A stretch of DNA of 64,000 nucleotides from Octopus sinensis (GCF_006345805.1 NC_042997.1:139810001-139874000); one strand, 5' to 3'; counted from the first letter of the stretch, positions 35,770-49,349 are shown. Numbers and translations are program-made. Notes: generated by a model not told the origin, from the letters alone.

Positions 35770-36890
35770 TTCTTTCTCTGTTCATTCGGATAAGCTGTAG
35801 AAATTGTTGCACGCACGCACAAACACAAAAATTCTCCAGACATTTAGCTGTTATTTTTAGCTTATCGAGTTTTGTGGTGAGGGCTTCACATACCGTGATC
35901 TTTTTGCTGTTTCACTATAAATCTACACGTGTGGAAATGGACAAAACAGCCATTTATTTTCACTTTTAGACAGCGGTATGAGGTGGCAAGGGGGGTGGGT
36001 AATCAATTTTGGAGTTTTTCATAAAAAATCTGAAATTAAAATGTTTTCTTTCCTCCATATTCTTAACCTCCGTATTTTTCCATGTAAATTGAAAAAAAGA
36101 ATTTTAATAAAAAGTTAAAGATTAAAAATTTGCAGGGTGGGGGATGGGATTAAAAATTTTGAAAACATGGTTTTTACATATTTGGAATCTCCGTCATCAA
36201 AAAAATAGGAATCCGGCAAAAAAAAGAAACATTTTGATGACCAGGTGCAAAACTAGATTCAGAAAGTTATGAGAGGAAAAAAACAGATCATGTGAACTTT
36301 CTGAGTCCTCTCCTCACCCCTTCAGAAAACATTTTCCCTACAAATTTCTTTATAATTGTAATCTATGCTGTTTGAAAGGTATTTCTATAAAATTTCATTA
36401 AAAGATATCCATTTTCCTGAAAGTTATGAGCGGAAAAAAACAGATTGGGTAAATTTTCAGACAGTTCTCTCCCCACCGCTTCAGAAAAAATTTCCCCAGA
36501 AATGTCTTTATAATCGTAATTTATGCTACTTGAATGGTATTTCTATAAAATTTCATCAATATATGAGGGAAAAATCGGATTTTGGGAATTTTCCGAAAGA
36601 TCTCTTCTCACCACCCCATGTGTGTTTGCACAGATTTTGTTTTTTTTCATATTTGTTTTCTACAGGTTTTAACACCTTGCAGGTTGGTATTTTTTTGTTT
36701 TCGTTAACGAGTCTCAAACTTTATATTAACCATATTTTCTGAGTCCTCTCCCCACCCCTTCATAAAACATTTTCCCTACAAATTTCTTTATAATCGTAAT
36801 CTATGCTGTTTGAAAGGTATTTCTGCAAAATTTCCTTAAAAGATATCCATTTTCCTGAAAGTTATGAGCGGAAAAAAACAGATTGTGTAA
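35770..36890 (-). repeat. Modular DNA repeat, piece B (inverted relative to A and C)
   Basis: 35770-36050 is the reverse complement of 29630-29904; ~36055-36725 is the reverse complement of ~8830-9490. ~157-bp units are present. Confidence 0.8.
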
Positions 36891-36899
36891 ATTTTCTGG

Positions 36900-38450
36900 T
36901 TATCTGGCTTATCTGGCTGAGCATGGGCTGCATAAACCTCACTTGTCTTGGGACACCTGCAAAGGTCATAGGCATCTCAATTCCTCTAATTTTATAAAAA
37001 TTTACCAGCATACAGGTAGATCTGTGAGTATCGCCTTGTGCAGTGTCTCTGGTTTATTGTGTGTTAATGTGTCCTCAATATCAGTGGTCTTTGGTGTATG
37101 GCAAAAAAAATATTTCACACACTGGAAAATTTACACACTTCCGTTTTTGTTATCTTCAGATTCTCTTATGTTGAACTCAAGGAAGATAATGATTTGTTAT
37201 TGTTATGTTAAAAGGTTAAAAAGTGGGAGAAAAATTGATTATATTCAAACTATATTTAGAGAAATAGTATGATAATTAACATAAATGTGAAGAGGCAGTA
37301 CTGTAATCATTGAACATACCATTAGTGTGAAGAGTTAGAAGGCTGGAGAATATTGAGGATGTGGCATAGAGACTTATTGCTGATAGAAATGGTAATAGCA
37401 ACTAGATTAAATGTGCGATGGCTATATGAGAGGACTGATAACAGTATAACACAATTTTTGTCCTTGGGTAGCGACTGTTATTTGTTTATTCCCTAAAAAG
37501 TAAGAAAAATAGCTAATAAACTTAGCCTTTGTTATATTTATTCAAACCCCAAAGAATCCCTCTCAACATATGGCTATGATGCTCTTCCACCACTGCTCAT
37601 GAACAGAGATGCACATATTGTCAGCCACTAAGGGACATGTTCAAGTGGTTATGATCAAGCAGCTGACAAGCAAATCTGTGGTACTGGGCAGAATATTTGC
37701 TATAATAATATTTCTGCTTCGGTAATTCAGTGCTGAATCTGTCTGAAAATAGGTAAGTTTGAAAACATTGATGTCCAGGTCACAAAAGCAAGATTTGAAG
37801 GGAATAGTAGTCATTTCTTTTGATTTCTAGATGGATGTAAATAGGAAATAACCCTGGCCAAAGACAGGAAAAGAAAAGAATTTGTTACACAGTGTAATCA
37901 TAGTAGTGGATTTCTGTGTTCCAACGGGTGAGATTAGCCAAGCCACAGTGGAGTGAAAGTAACCAGGATGAAGAGAAGGCAATATCAAGTGAATTTTGGT
38001 AGTGAATAGAGAGCAATAGTTACCTGAATAGAGTCATATTGCCAAAATAGAGAATGATAAGTGAAGAGATAAATTAATGAAAATGTGTTTTGTCACCATG
38101 TTATGCCTATATTCAACAGATTTGCTTATCTAGAGAAGGAGACTTTTAAAACAATAGGTGATAATAATAACAACATTCTAGACTACAGTTTTAAAAATGG
38201 TAATCTGTCCAACTGGTAAAGAATAACGAAGTGGCAGAAACAGTGTAACAAAAACAAAATGCTTTACTGGGTTGATTCTGGCTGTCATCTCTGGGAAAGG
38301 ACTATTCTGATACAGCTGGTCTGTGATCAAATGCATTTTAGCCATAACAATTATATTTTTTAAAGTTTTGTTTTCTTCAAACAAAGGCTGCATAATCCAG
38401 TATGTTCTTTACTTTTATAATGGGAGCATGTCAACTGAGGCACATTGGCT
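36900..38450 (-). mobile_element. Possible decayed L1/Tx1-like LINE remnant
   Basis: Scattered peptides (IRGIEMPMTFAGVP; PLWL..SHPLE..NPLL) among many stops. Confidence 0.3.
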
Positions 38451-39329
38451 ATTATTTCTTGCAGGTTGAGCAATCATGTAAGATGATGAAATTGAAACTG
38501 ATCATACTCTTCTTTGAATCTACATTTTTGTAAGAAGCAGTCACATTGGCAACTTTGCTTATGTTATTTTTAGTCCTCTAAATAACACCTATTAAAGTGT
38601 TTTAATCTTTTTTCAACTGAAGCTTGGCCTCAAAGTGTAGAAACAATTTTTTTTTTTGGGTCTTTTGCTGTAAGAATATTAAGACACTGCAAATGAAATA
38701 TACCAGCTGTCTCAAACAATTGAATTCCTCACAAAATAATTTTTTATTTTAACCTAAAATTTAGTTATTGTTAAATTAAATCCATTGGTAATTTTGCAAT
38801 ATGCCTATTTATTTATTCATTATTAGTATTATTTATTTTTTTAAATTATGGTTTTTAGCAAGTGCATTGCGCTACAGAGATTAATTACAAACCAAAGTGC
38901 ATGTTATTTTATCAGTTCTAATGGTATTCTTAAGCTAGAATACATATAAAAAAAATTCTAATATAATCTAATGAGGTGTTAAAATAGTATTATCAAATAA
39001 TATATATATATATATATATAAATAAATGAAAGAATCAAGTTGAACGATGAATTAACAAAATTCCTTTATTTTCGACATATGTTTCGAAGGCTTTGTCGTT
39101 CAACTCCATTCTTTCATTTATTTGTATTTAAAAAAAACACACAAATTTCCACATGAAAGCACGTGATCTCTGCCCTAGGCATGTAGCTTCAACCATGTTT
39201 TTCTGACGTGAATTTGCTACCTAGGTATCGGTTAACCGAATTATCCATAATAAGATAATTCATTCAACTACTCTTATATATATATATGTATGTATGTATA
39301 TACATATATATATTAACCCTATGATCTGT

Positions 39330-41020
39330 GACACCAACTTCAGAAAGCCAGTAAATCACCTGATAACCTATCAATTGAGTGACCTCATTAGCTAGATTAA
39401 TTACATTCTCACCAGAAAACAAGATACAAGGTTGCTCTTAAATGCAAAGACCTTCCCTGGTGAAGAATGTACCCCATAACATAGATTAGTTATTAGTGAC
39501 TTAAGCTTGACTGATTCCAAGAAGCAGACCAATCTAGAAAAGAAGAATTTGAAAGCTTAAGGATCCTTTGAATGGTCAGAGATTTAGGGGCACCCTAATT
39601 GAGAAATTTAATGAGAAGGAGGAATAACTACAGGCTTGTATCATAAAAGGTAACTGGAAATTCCTACAGGACAGATTGCTTAGTGTCACAGACCAAATCT
39701 GTGGCTGGTGCAAAGGGTGATGTGATGGTGGTGGAATGATGTTGAAGACAAGACCATTAGAGTGAAGAAACAGGCCTGAAAGGACTGGAAGAATGGTGGT
39801 AGCATTCTATATCAGGTAGCTAGGAAGGAGGCTAGAAAATCAGATATGCTTAGCCAAAGGAGAAGCAGAAAAGAGGAATTATTCTAATGTTCTGTAGCGA
39901 GAGGACCAGAGGTTTAAGGTGTTTGGGATTGCAAAAAGGCTTGGAAATGCTACTATGAAAGTTGCAAAATGTAGAAAATCCATGAGAGAAGGGGAGCCTA
40001 CCTAATGTGGACCCAACAGAGGGGCCAGCTATGTGAATTGACTGTAGCTTAGTAGATAAAGCAATTAAGGATATGAAGACAGGGAAAGCTCTTGGCTTAT
40101 CAGGAATTACTGCTGGAAGATTAACAGAGAAAGTAGTCTTCAAGTGGAAAAGATGTGCAGGCATATTAAACACTAGGAATGTACAAAGAATAGACTTTGT
40201 CAAATGCCCAGGTTGGTACTTAGAAGTAGTAGATAGCTTCTGTTACCTAGGTGACCAAATCAGCAGTGGAGGAGGATGCTCTGAGAGTATAGCTGTTGAA
40301 ATAAGAATGGGCTGGGTGAAGTTACTACCTATAGGAGAGATACTACCTATAGGAGAGATACTACCTATCTTAGTTTCAAAGGGCCTCTCCCTCTGATTGA
40401 AAACAAATTTATGATGCCTGTGTGCAAACTGCCATACTACATGGCAGTGAAACATGGGCTGTGACTGGAGAGGATTTGCGAAGGCTTGAAAGAAACAAAG
40501 CTAGTATATCCACTAGATGTGCAATGTCAGTATGTATGTACGACAGAGTGTGGGTGTCTTAAGAGAAAAACTGGGTATAAGAAGCATCAGATGTAGACTG
40601 CACTTGTATGGACAAAAACAGTTGTGTAAAAAAGCGCCAATCTCTAACTGTGGAGGTAACATTTTTGAAGAGGTAGACCCAGGAAGACATGGGATGAGGT
40701 GGTGAAATGTGATCTTCAGTTGCTGAATCTCACTGAGGCAATGACATGTGACTGAGATTTTGACAATTTGCTGTGTTTGAGAAGACACATCAAGTTAAAT
40801 GAAACTATAGTTGGGGCCAGAGCCAATGACATGCAAAAGGCACCCATGCCAATGAAACATTAAAGGCACCTGTGCCAGTGACACTTAAATAGTACCCAGT
40901 ACACTTTGCAGAGTGATTGGCATTAGGAAAGGCATCCAGCAATAGAAACTAAGTCAAAACAATTCCAGTCAAACTGCTTAACCCATGTCAGCATTTGAAA
41001 ACAGACACTTAATGATGATG
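39330..41020 (+). mobile_element. Old, internally deleted RTE LINE
   Basis: MKTGKALGLSGIT, VVDSFCYLGDQISSGGGC and HGSETWAV equivalents, with a (GAT)n tail at ~41013. Confidence 0.85.
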
Positions 41021-41219
41021 ATGGTGATATAAATACACACACGCACACATGGGAGATGCAAGTAGTATACATCTATTGATGTATATTAATAGATATGTAC
41101 AATTGAGTGCTTAAATCAGTTTACCACTAAAACTCCAGCTTGAAGTGCAAATGGGAACACAGCGTTGAAATTGCCTACCCAAGGCAGCTGGCAATGGTAC
41201 CTGATTTAGCAGTTATAAG

Positions 41220-41900
41220 TAGATCAAAAACGAAAGATAGACAAGCAAAACATTTGGTGTTATTCAAGATACATTTACTTCATAATAAAGTATAAAATAT
41301 AAAACAGTTATGGTAGATAAGCAGAGTCTCTTACAGCTGTTTCTGGAATACTTGAGCAAGTGGATCATACTGATATGTAATGAAGTCACATAACCCAAGT
41401 ATCTCATCGTTGGAGAGGTTGAAGTAAAACGGTGTAGAAGGCAGATTTTTAGTTAAGGATACTAGTAGTGATGATAAGAGGTAACTGTATAATGTAATTC
41501 GAAGATTAAAGGAGATGAAGTCTTATAAGTCCATTGATAGACCCATACATGAGTGTTTTAGTTCTGCTGGTAAATAAATACTTCAGCAGTTAAAAAGTAA
41601 ATCTATTGACCTATCACTATCCTTTAGCTAAACATGGACATCACCTGAGAATGAAGAACATACCTCATAGTTTAACCAGATTCATAATTAACTCAGGTCT
41701 CTCATATCAAGGACAAAATGCCCCTTGTTGGCTTTGTTAAAGGAAATCAATGCAGATCCTACAATATAACTCTCCTTTACATATACTAAACAAGCCGCAT
41801 GAGATATTTTCTACATGTACACATGTAGAACTTTTAAGTCTTCCTGCAAATCGCACTGTAACAGAACAGCTACTGTTGACTTCTGTATAACTTTAACTTC
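41220..41900 (-). mobile_element. Decayed PLE 3' end with a broken hammerhead-like motif
   Basis: Minus strand ...ACGAUGA-GAUACUUGGG...CUCAAGUAUUC-CA-GAAACAGCUGUA^AGAG at ~41327-41417, with the same ACAGCUGU stem III as the 16.7-kb motif. Confidence 0.4.
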
Positions 41901-41912
41901 ACTTAAGAACAC

Positions 41913-43896
41913 ATTTGTACACTTATCCCATTATTCCTCCATCCCATCTAGATTTAATTTACCTTATATCACTACTCTTATTAAACCAGAACTGTTGGAC
42001 TACGTCTTCTCTTGATTATTAGGTCAAGCTCTATTTAATAAGTAAGCACCATATATAATTACTCTAACTTACTAATTTCAGGTACTTGCATTACTCAGTA
42101 ACTTTTCATATTTTTAATTGCAGTATCTATTATCCAGGATTATTTATTTCTCTTCCTAGCTTTATAATTTAACTATACTAGAACATAAGAGAAAAAAAAC
42201 TTCCTTGATTTTATTTTTTATTTTTATTTGCACTTTAACTAAAACTTTTAAATTTATAAACTTGAATATTTTCACCTCTATATTTTACCTATATAGCACC
42301 TATTTCACCTATATAGCAGAGCACTGCTGTAATAGAATATATGTTATATCCCACCCTCTACATTCCACCAGCACAAGTAGATTTTTCACCAAAAGTTTAT
42401 TTTGAGATATTCTTTATTTTTTTTATAGCCACCATACTAGCAACTTTACTACCCTACTATGCCTCACTTCACCATCTAATGACTGACTACCATCATCATT
42501 AGCTTGACAATTAACAGCTATTTTCCCTTGCTTATCCTTGAACCATCCCTCTCCCCACATTATCTTAATATGTATGTTCAAGGGCTACATTTGTTAGGTG
42601 GTCGCTATTACATGTTTGACAATTAACATATGCCCTCCTCTTGGTGTCTTTGAACCTCCCTCTCCCACTTTCTTAAATATGTGTATATTAGAGCCTTATA
42701 CAAAAGTGCATTTATATGAATACATACATCATCCCCTCAGCACATCTCTATTGATTAGTATATATCCAGCCTTACACTGGTTTTACTGTCTTTTCCTCAC
42801 ATTGGAGAGCCACTGTAGAGTGCTGTACAATAGAGACAAGCACAGCTTTAACACACAATAACACACTTTTTGCTTCATCATTTTTGTGTCAAATTTTTTC
42901 CATGGAAAATTGTATCATTTGAAGGTTCTTGATGTGAACTTTTTTCTTATGTAGTTTTAATTAAAATCCAACAGTTATGTATCATGTCAAGGTCTCTCAA
43001 ACACCCTGGTATTTCCACACATTTACAAAGTCTGTCCTAGTTTTTCTTTTCTGTTTGTTTTTGACTGCTGAACAGTATCCCTCGTCCTAATTCGATGTGC
43101 TGGAGTGCTATAACTCCAATTGTGTTGAAAATCGTAGCCATGAAGAGAAACGTTTTTTGCTTTATTTTGATAAAAAAATTGATGGGGGTAGATCACATAA
43201 TCATTATGAAATATAAAAGTGAAATTTTACCTACTACAAATGTACCAAAACTCAAGTCCTTGTGGCTTGTACTTTTGAATTTAATTAGGTTTGAAAATAC
43301 TGCAAAATTGACTGTTTGTGACTTGTAACAAAATTGGCTTTACATAAATATAAAAAAAATACCAAAAAAAGAGTTTCTTTCCAAGAATCTGAAAAAAAGA
43401 CAACTACTATGTCATAGTCACTATTAATTTGTGTAATTTGTACACTTATCCCATTATTCTTCCATCCCATCTAGATTTAATTTACCTTATTATATCACTA
43501 CTCTTATTAAACAAGAACTGTTGAACTATGTCTTCTCTTTATTATTAGGTCAAGCTCTATTTAATAAGTAAACACTATATGTAATTAATCTAACTTACTA
43601 ATTTCAGGTACTTGCATTGCTCAGTAACTTTTCATATTTTTAATTGAAATATCTATTATCCAGGATTATTTATTTCTCTTCCTAGCTTTATAATTTAACT
43701 ATTGACTGTTTGTGATTTAACTATTATATATTGTGATTTAACTATTATAATTTAACTATTGACTGTTTGTGACTTGTAACAAAATAGGCTTTACATAAAT
43801 ATTTTTAAAAATTACCAAAAAAAGAGTTTCTTTCCAAGAATATGAAAAAAAAAAGACAACTGCTACATCATAGTCACTATTAATTTGTGTAATTTG
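41913..43896 (+). repeat. Local duplications X(41913-42176) ... Y(43307-43440)-X'(43436-43702)-junction repeats-Y'(43758-43896)
   Basis: Two near-identical direct copies of ~265 bp and two of ~135 bp, read directly from the sequence. Confidence 0.9.
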
Positions 43897-44479
43897 AAGA
43901 TGATTATCACCTCAGTTTCAAAGATATTATATCATAAATATGACTAATTATTCCTTTAGGCCAATTAGGCAAGACTTCAACCAAGTCACTGACCATGATT
44001 TAAATTATCATATTTTCTAAAATATTCATCCAAATTTCACAAATGTGTATCAAAATGTGTCTTTTTGGATGCTCTCCTAGAAAAAATACAGTAGAAATTA
44101 CATTTAAATATTTTCAAAAATTTATAGTGATACCTAACTAAAGTATATATTCTTAACCTGGCATGGATTCTTTTCGGTTGTTACCACATATTAAAATATA
44201 TCTTTCAACCCAACTTTTTCTATCTTAAGAATGGATCTATTGACATAACTTTTTTACCTGCAGAACTATTCACTTACAGCAAGAGTGCAAGAGAGAGCAG
44301 GAGAGAGATGGTAGCGAAGTGCCAGGGTATACTTGCAAAGTATAGAAACAGAGCATAGATGGGATGGTAGAGTAAGGAAGAGAGAGGTAAATAGTGGCAG
44401 ATGCCAGGGGCATATCCCCAATGTATGGAGGTTATAATATACTTGATCATATAACTGTAAAATTATGTTGAATGTGGTC

Positions 44480-44830
44480 AGCTTTGGTAAACCGCTTTGA
44501 TAAACTCTTCAAAACAAACCCAAGACATAATAAGATCGTTAGGATGGGAAATTCTTCCACATCGTCCATACTCACCTCACTTAGCACCTCTGGATTTCTA
44601 CCTGTTCTGATAACTAGAACATTTTATACACTGCAAAACATTCAGAAACAGAGAGAAAGTTGAAAACAGTTTTCGGGAAAAGAAATAGGTTTCTTTGAAT
44701 ATAGCATAAGAAAGTTACTTTCCCATTAGACTGCAGTCGTTGAAAACAATGGTGATTACATTCTTGATTAAAACTATTTAGATAAACGTACTTAACATTA
44801 TTTTTATATCCTTTCTGGTAAAACACAATT
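44480..44830 (+). mobile_element. Mariner 3' fragment
   Basis: HRPYSPHLAPLDFYLF-like segment followed by VENNGDYILD*. Confidence 0.7.
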
Positions 44831-44877
44831 ACTTTCCAAACACCCTAATACACAGACACACACATACATATAAGCAT

Positions 44878-46500
44878 CATAATCATCATCATTTAATGTC
44901 CATTTTTCATGCTGACATGAGTTGGATGGTTTGACTGAGGTCTGGAGAGCCAGTGGCTGCACCAGGCTCCAATCTGATATGGTGATGTTTCTACAGCTGG
45001 ATGCCCTTCCTAATGCCAACCACTCCAAGAATGTAGTGGGTGCTTTTTATGTGCCACTGGCATAGGAGCTGGTCAGTGGGTACTGGCATCAGTCATGATC
45101 GGTTGGTGCTTTTTACGTACCACTGGTACAGGAGCCAGTCAGGTGGACCTGGCATCAACCACATTCAGATGGTGCTTTTTACGTGCCACTTACATAGGAG
45201 CCAGTCTGGGGGTACTAGCATTGGCCATGTTTGGTTGGTGCTTTTTACATGTCACCAGCCAGGGACACCGGCCTCAGCTACAATATTGTTTTTACTTGAC
45301 TCAACAGGTCTTCTCAAACATATAACTTTGCCCAATGCACCAGGGTATTCTTAACAGGGCCAGACATGCATGGCTGCGATCTCACTTTAGTTGCCAAGTC
45401 TTCTCAATCACAGCATATCTTCAAAGGTCCCAGTCTCCTGTCATTGCCTCTGTGAGGCCCAATGTCCGAAGGTCATGCTTCACCACCTCATCCCATGTCT
45501 TCCTGGGTCTACCTCCTCCACAGGTTCCTTCTACAGTTAGGAGTGGCACTTCCTCACACAGCTGTCTTCATTCATACGTAACACATGCCACATTTAATCC
45601 CTCTTATGCCTAACTTTTCTCTCAACACAGTCATGCACACTGATGTTGCAAATCCAATGGAACATACTACCTTCATTCCTCTCCAGTCTTACTATCATGT
45701 AGAATAGCTGTTCACACATAAGCATCATACAATCTACCTTTCACTCTGAGAGTCCTTTTGTTGCCAACGGAGATAGTAGCTCTATGAACTTCTTCCATCC
45801 TGTTCTTATTCGAGAAGCAATACTTTCAGGGTATCCACCACTGTTACTAATTTAGTCACCTAAGTAACAGAAACTATTTACTACCTCAAGAGAACCTCCT
45901 GGGCAAAGTCCCTTGTGCTCTTAGTGCTTATTGTTCTTGCACATCTGCCACACATGAAAGTGACTTTATCTGTTAACCTACCTGCGATTCCACTGCATCT
46001 CTTATGCATCCATATCTTACAATTCTGATGGAAAAAGAGTTTTATCTACTTTCATGCTAACAACAACTTTAGTCTTTGCCAGGTTAACTTTAAGGCTCTT
46101 TGATTCTAGGTTTTGCTTCCAGACATGGAACTTCTTCAATTCTGATTCTGCAATAAGAGCAAGGTCATCAGTATATTGCGGTTCCCATGGGCATCCAGTT
46201 TTTAATTCCTCTGTTACAGCTTGGAGAACTATGATGAATAAGAGTAGATTAAGAACTGAACTCCAACTTGTACACTAAATTCATCACTGCATTCAAGGCC
46301 GACTCTCACCTTACTGACAGCATCACTATACATGGCTTATACAGCTCTAACAAGCCACTCCTCTGCTTCTAGCTTCCTTAGAGACCACCAGATAAGGGAG
46401 TGGGGAATCCTGTCAAAAGCTTTCTCCAGGTTGATGAAAGCTAAGTACAATAGTTTATTTTTGGCCAAATACTTTTCTTGCAACTCTCACAAGGAAGATG
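44878..46500 (-). mobile_element. Degraded RTE LINE
   Basis: (ATC)n tail at ~44878, 3' UTR with tandem subunits, and RT remnants (ADDLALIAES, KAFDRIP). Confidence 0.88.
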
Positions 46501-46559
46501 GCATCTGTGATATTTCTCCCAGGTCATTTATGCCTTACGATATGGAATATTTCCTTTTC

Positions 46560-46865
46560 TTTCACTTATGACGACGAGGTTCCTGTTTATCTGATCAACA
46601 GAACAGTCTGCTCGTAAAATTAATGCACAAGTGACTGAGTACACCACAGACATGCATGCCATTAACGTAGTTCTCAGGGAGATTCAGCCTCACACAGAAT
46701 GTGACAAGGCTGGCCCCTTTCAATTACAGCTACAATTCATTTTTACCAGCAAGGTGAAGTAAAATGCCTTGCTCAAAAACACAGCACGCCACTGGGAATC
46801 ATAATCATGACCTTACAATCATGGGCCAAATACCCCTTACCACTGAACCATGCACCTTCACTCCC
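46560..46865 (-). mobile_element. tRNA-derived SINE (third family)
   Basis: Minus strand GTGAAGGTGCATGGTTCAGTGGTAA ... GATTCCCAG ... TTGAGCAAGGCATTTTACTTCAC. Confidence 0.65.
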
Positions 46866-47369
46866 TTAACCATAGAGAAAAGGAGTGAAGTGATAGAGAC
46901 AGAGAAGGGAAAGCCTCAGTAATTTAAAATGACAATTAGACTGAAATACAATCAATCTTTTCTAGCTTCTTTACTTTTAACAATGAAGAAGAGCGAAAGA
47001 GATTTAGTTACAGATAGAGGGTAAGTCTTTTAGGTGTTTAGGTTTTAATTCTGGGAGTTCTAGAAAGATTGAGTGTTAGTTCTCTCTTCTTTCCCCCACC
47101 CCTGGTACTTATTCACTTTCTTTGATAGTTCTTCATGTCTTTAAGTTAGTCGGGGGAGACCCTGTTCTGTTTTTTCAGACATGTTTAATGTTTTCTCTAC
47201 AAACTACAAACAAACCCCACTGCCTTCCTTTTTTTTTCATACAAAACCTAATGCAAATTTCGAATGGGGTATAGCTGTGAAAAGAGCCCAGAAAAATGTG
47301 TAATACCTCCTACAAAATGGGTGGGGGAGAAAAGTTGCCAACAGGTGGCTACACGAAATTCAACTCTTT

Positions 47370-47690
47370 ACTTTATAGAGTGTCTTCTACTATAGCCTCA
47401 GGCCAACCAAAGCCTTGTGAGTGGATTTAGTATATGGAAACTAAAAGAAGCCCATCGTATATATGTGTGAGTGTTTGTGTCTGTCTTTGTTTCCCACAAC
47501 CATCGCTTGACAACTGATGCTGGAATGTTTGTGTCCCTCGTAACTTAGTGGTTCAATAGAAGAGAATAATAAAATAAGCACCAGGCTTACAGGGAATAAG
47601 CCCAGGGGTCGATTTCTTCAGCTAAAGGGTGGTGCTCCTGCTTGGCCACAGTCAAATGACTGAAACAAGTAAAAGAATAAAAGAATACCA
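47370..47690 (+). mobile_element. tRNA-derived SINE, 5'-truncated
   Basis: Homologous to 59388-59778 and ends AAACAAGTAAAAGAATAAAAGAAT. Confidence 0.82.
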
Positions 47691-47939
47691 GAATAACGTT
47701 CCGTACCACTAAACCAAGAATGTTCTTTGAATATGAACGATGTATTTTAAGGCTAAATAATAATTCTGTTTACGTTTGCGCAACTGAGATATTTTTCTTG
47801 GATTCTATAGTTATTGGTTTTACACTTTTTTATATATTCTGTAAGTATCACAATATAGAAACATTTCTCACGGCACCAGCAAACAATTTACAGATACTTA
47901 CATTTTTTATGTCTTCCATGAAGTTTTCACTGGTCCAGC

Positions 47940-47941
47940 TA

Positions 47942-47973
<32 letters not shown>

Positions 47974-48003
47974 GTATATATATATATACATATATATATA
48001 TAT

Positions 48004-48049
<46 letters not shown>

Positions 48050-48068
48050 TATATATACACACACACAC

Positions 48069-48100
<32 letters not shown>

Positions 48101-48637
48101 GTGTATGTATATATATATAAAATATAAATATATGCATATATACACGCATATATGTACATACCTACATATATATGTATATATACATGCACATATGGGTACA
48201 GGACATCAAAAAAACGTTGAACACAATGAAAAACGAAAACATAAAAACAAAAATACAGAAACAAACTTTTTTTCGAACAACAAAAAAAAACAAACGGAGA
48301 AATGAAACATGCAACATAAAGAATATTCCCCTTCTTCAGTTGTCCCTGTTTCTTCTACTCCACGTTTCGAAGGCAAGGACAAGACGCGACTTCATTGAAA
48401 CAGTCCTTCCTGCAAAGCAAGTTAAATAAAATTCGGAATTTTTTGTAAGGGGTGAAAGTGGTAACAAGAACTGGACAGTGAGAACAAAACAGTAAAAACA
48501 AACAGTGTGTATATGTATGCATATATATATATATATATACACATGCACACACAATCACACATCAGTATATATATATATATGTATGTATGTATGTATATAT
48601 ATATATGTATGTGTGTGTGTATATGGATATATATGTA

Positions 48638-48670
<33 letters not shown>

Positions 48671-48919
48671 GTATGAAGGGGTACTTAAAGGTCCTGATTT
48701 TAAGGGCATTGCATAAGGCCTGGTTGGAGGCTCAACCTTCCAAGTTCTTTCACAGGGCCTAGAAAAACTGAAGGACTATTACAATAAGTGTGTGAATCTG
48801 AGAGGAGAATATGTTGAATAAAAGCATAATTAACCAATCCGCCTTGTATTTTCTTTTACCTAAAGCCAAGAACTTTTCAGCACCCCCTGTGTATGTGTGT
48901 GCGTGTGTGTGTGCGTGCA

Positions 48920-48971
<52 letters not shown>

Positions 48972-49187
48972 TGCACACACACACACACAATCACACATCA
49001 GTAGATATCATTAGATAATACAATAAGTAAAGGGAGGCAGTGGGAGAGAGAGAGAAAGTGAGGTTACATTTTTAGCTTTCAGCAGTTTTCCACTTCAACA
49101 CCACATAACAAGATTGTAGGTTTGTTATTCAACTATTTTCCAATTTCAAAGTTTGTCTGAATTGCTTTATATATATATATACATATA

Positions 49188-49220
<33 letters not shown>

Positions 49221-49320
49221 GTATGTATGTATGTATGTATGAGTGTGTGTGTGTGTTTGTGTATGTATGTATGTATTTATGTATGTATGAGTGTGTGTGT
49301 GTGTATGTATGTATGTATTT
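47940..49320. repeat. Cluster of (TA)n, (CA)n and (TATG)n microsatellites
   Basis: Directly visible. Confidence 0.9.
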
Positions 49321-49349
49321 CAGTGTTCAGGGAAAATTACATGTATTAA

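Noticed and set aside
48320-48410. CUGAAGA and UUCGAAACGU motifs on the minus strand
   Set aside because: Position 17 would be G and stems I and II do not form convincingly in either type I or type II order.
47720-49014. Several Ile/Tyr/Val-rich ORFs
   Set aside because: Microsatellite artefacts.
49186-49241. Perfect (CATA)n/(TATG)n foldback
   Set aside because: Back-to-back microsatellite inversion around ATAT, expected in such tracts, with no sign of function.
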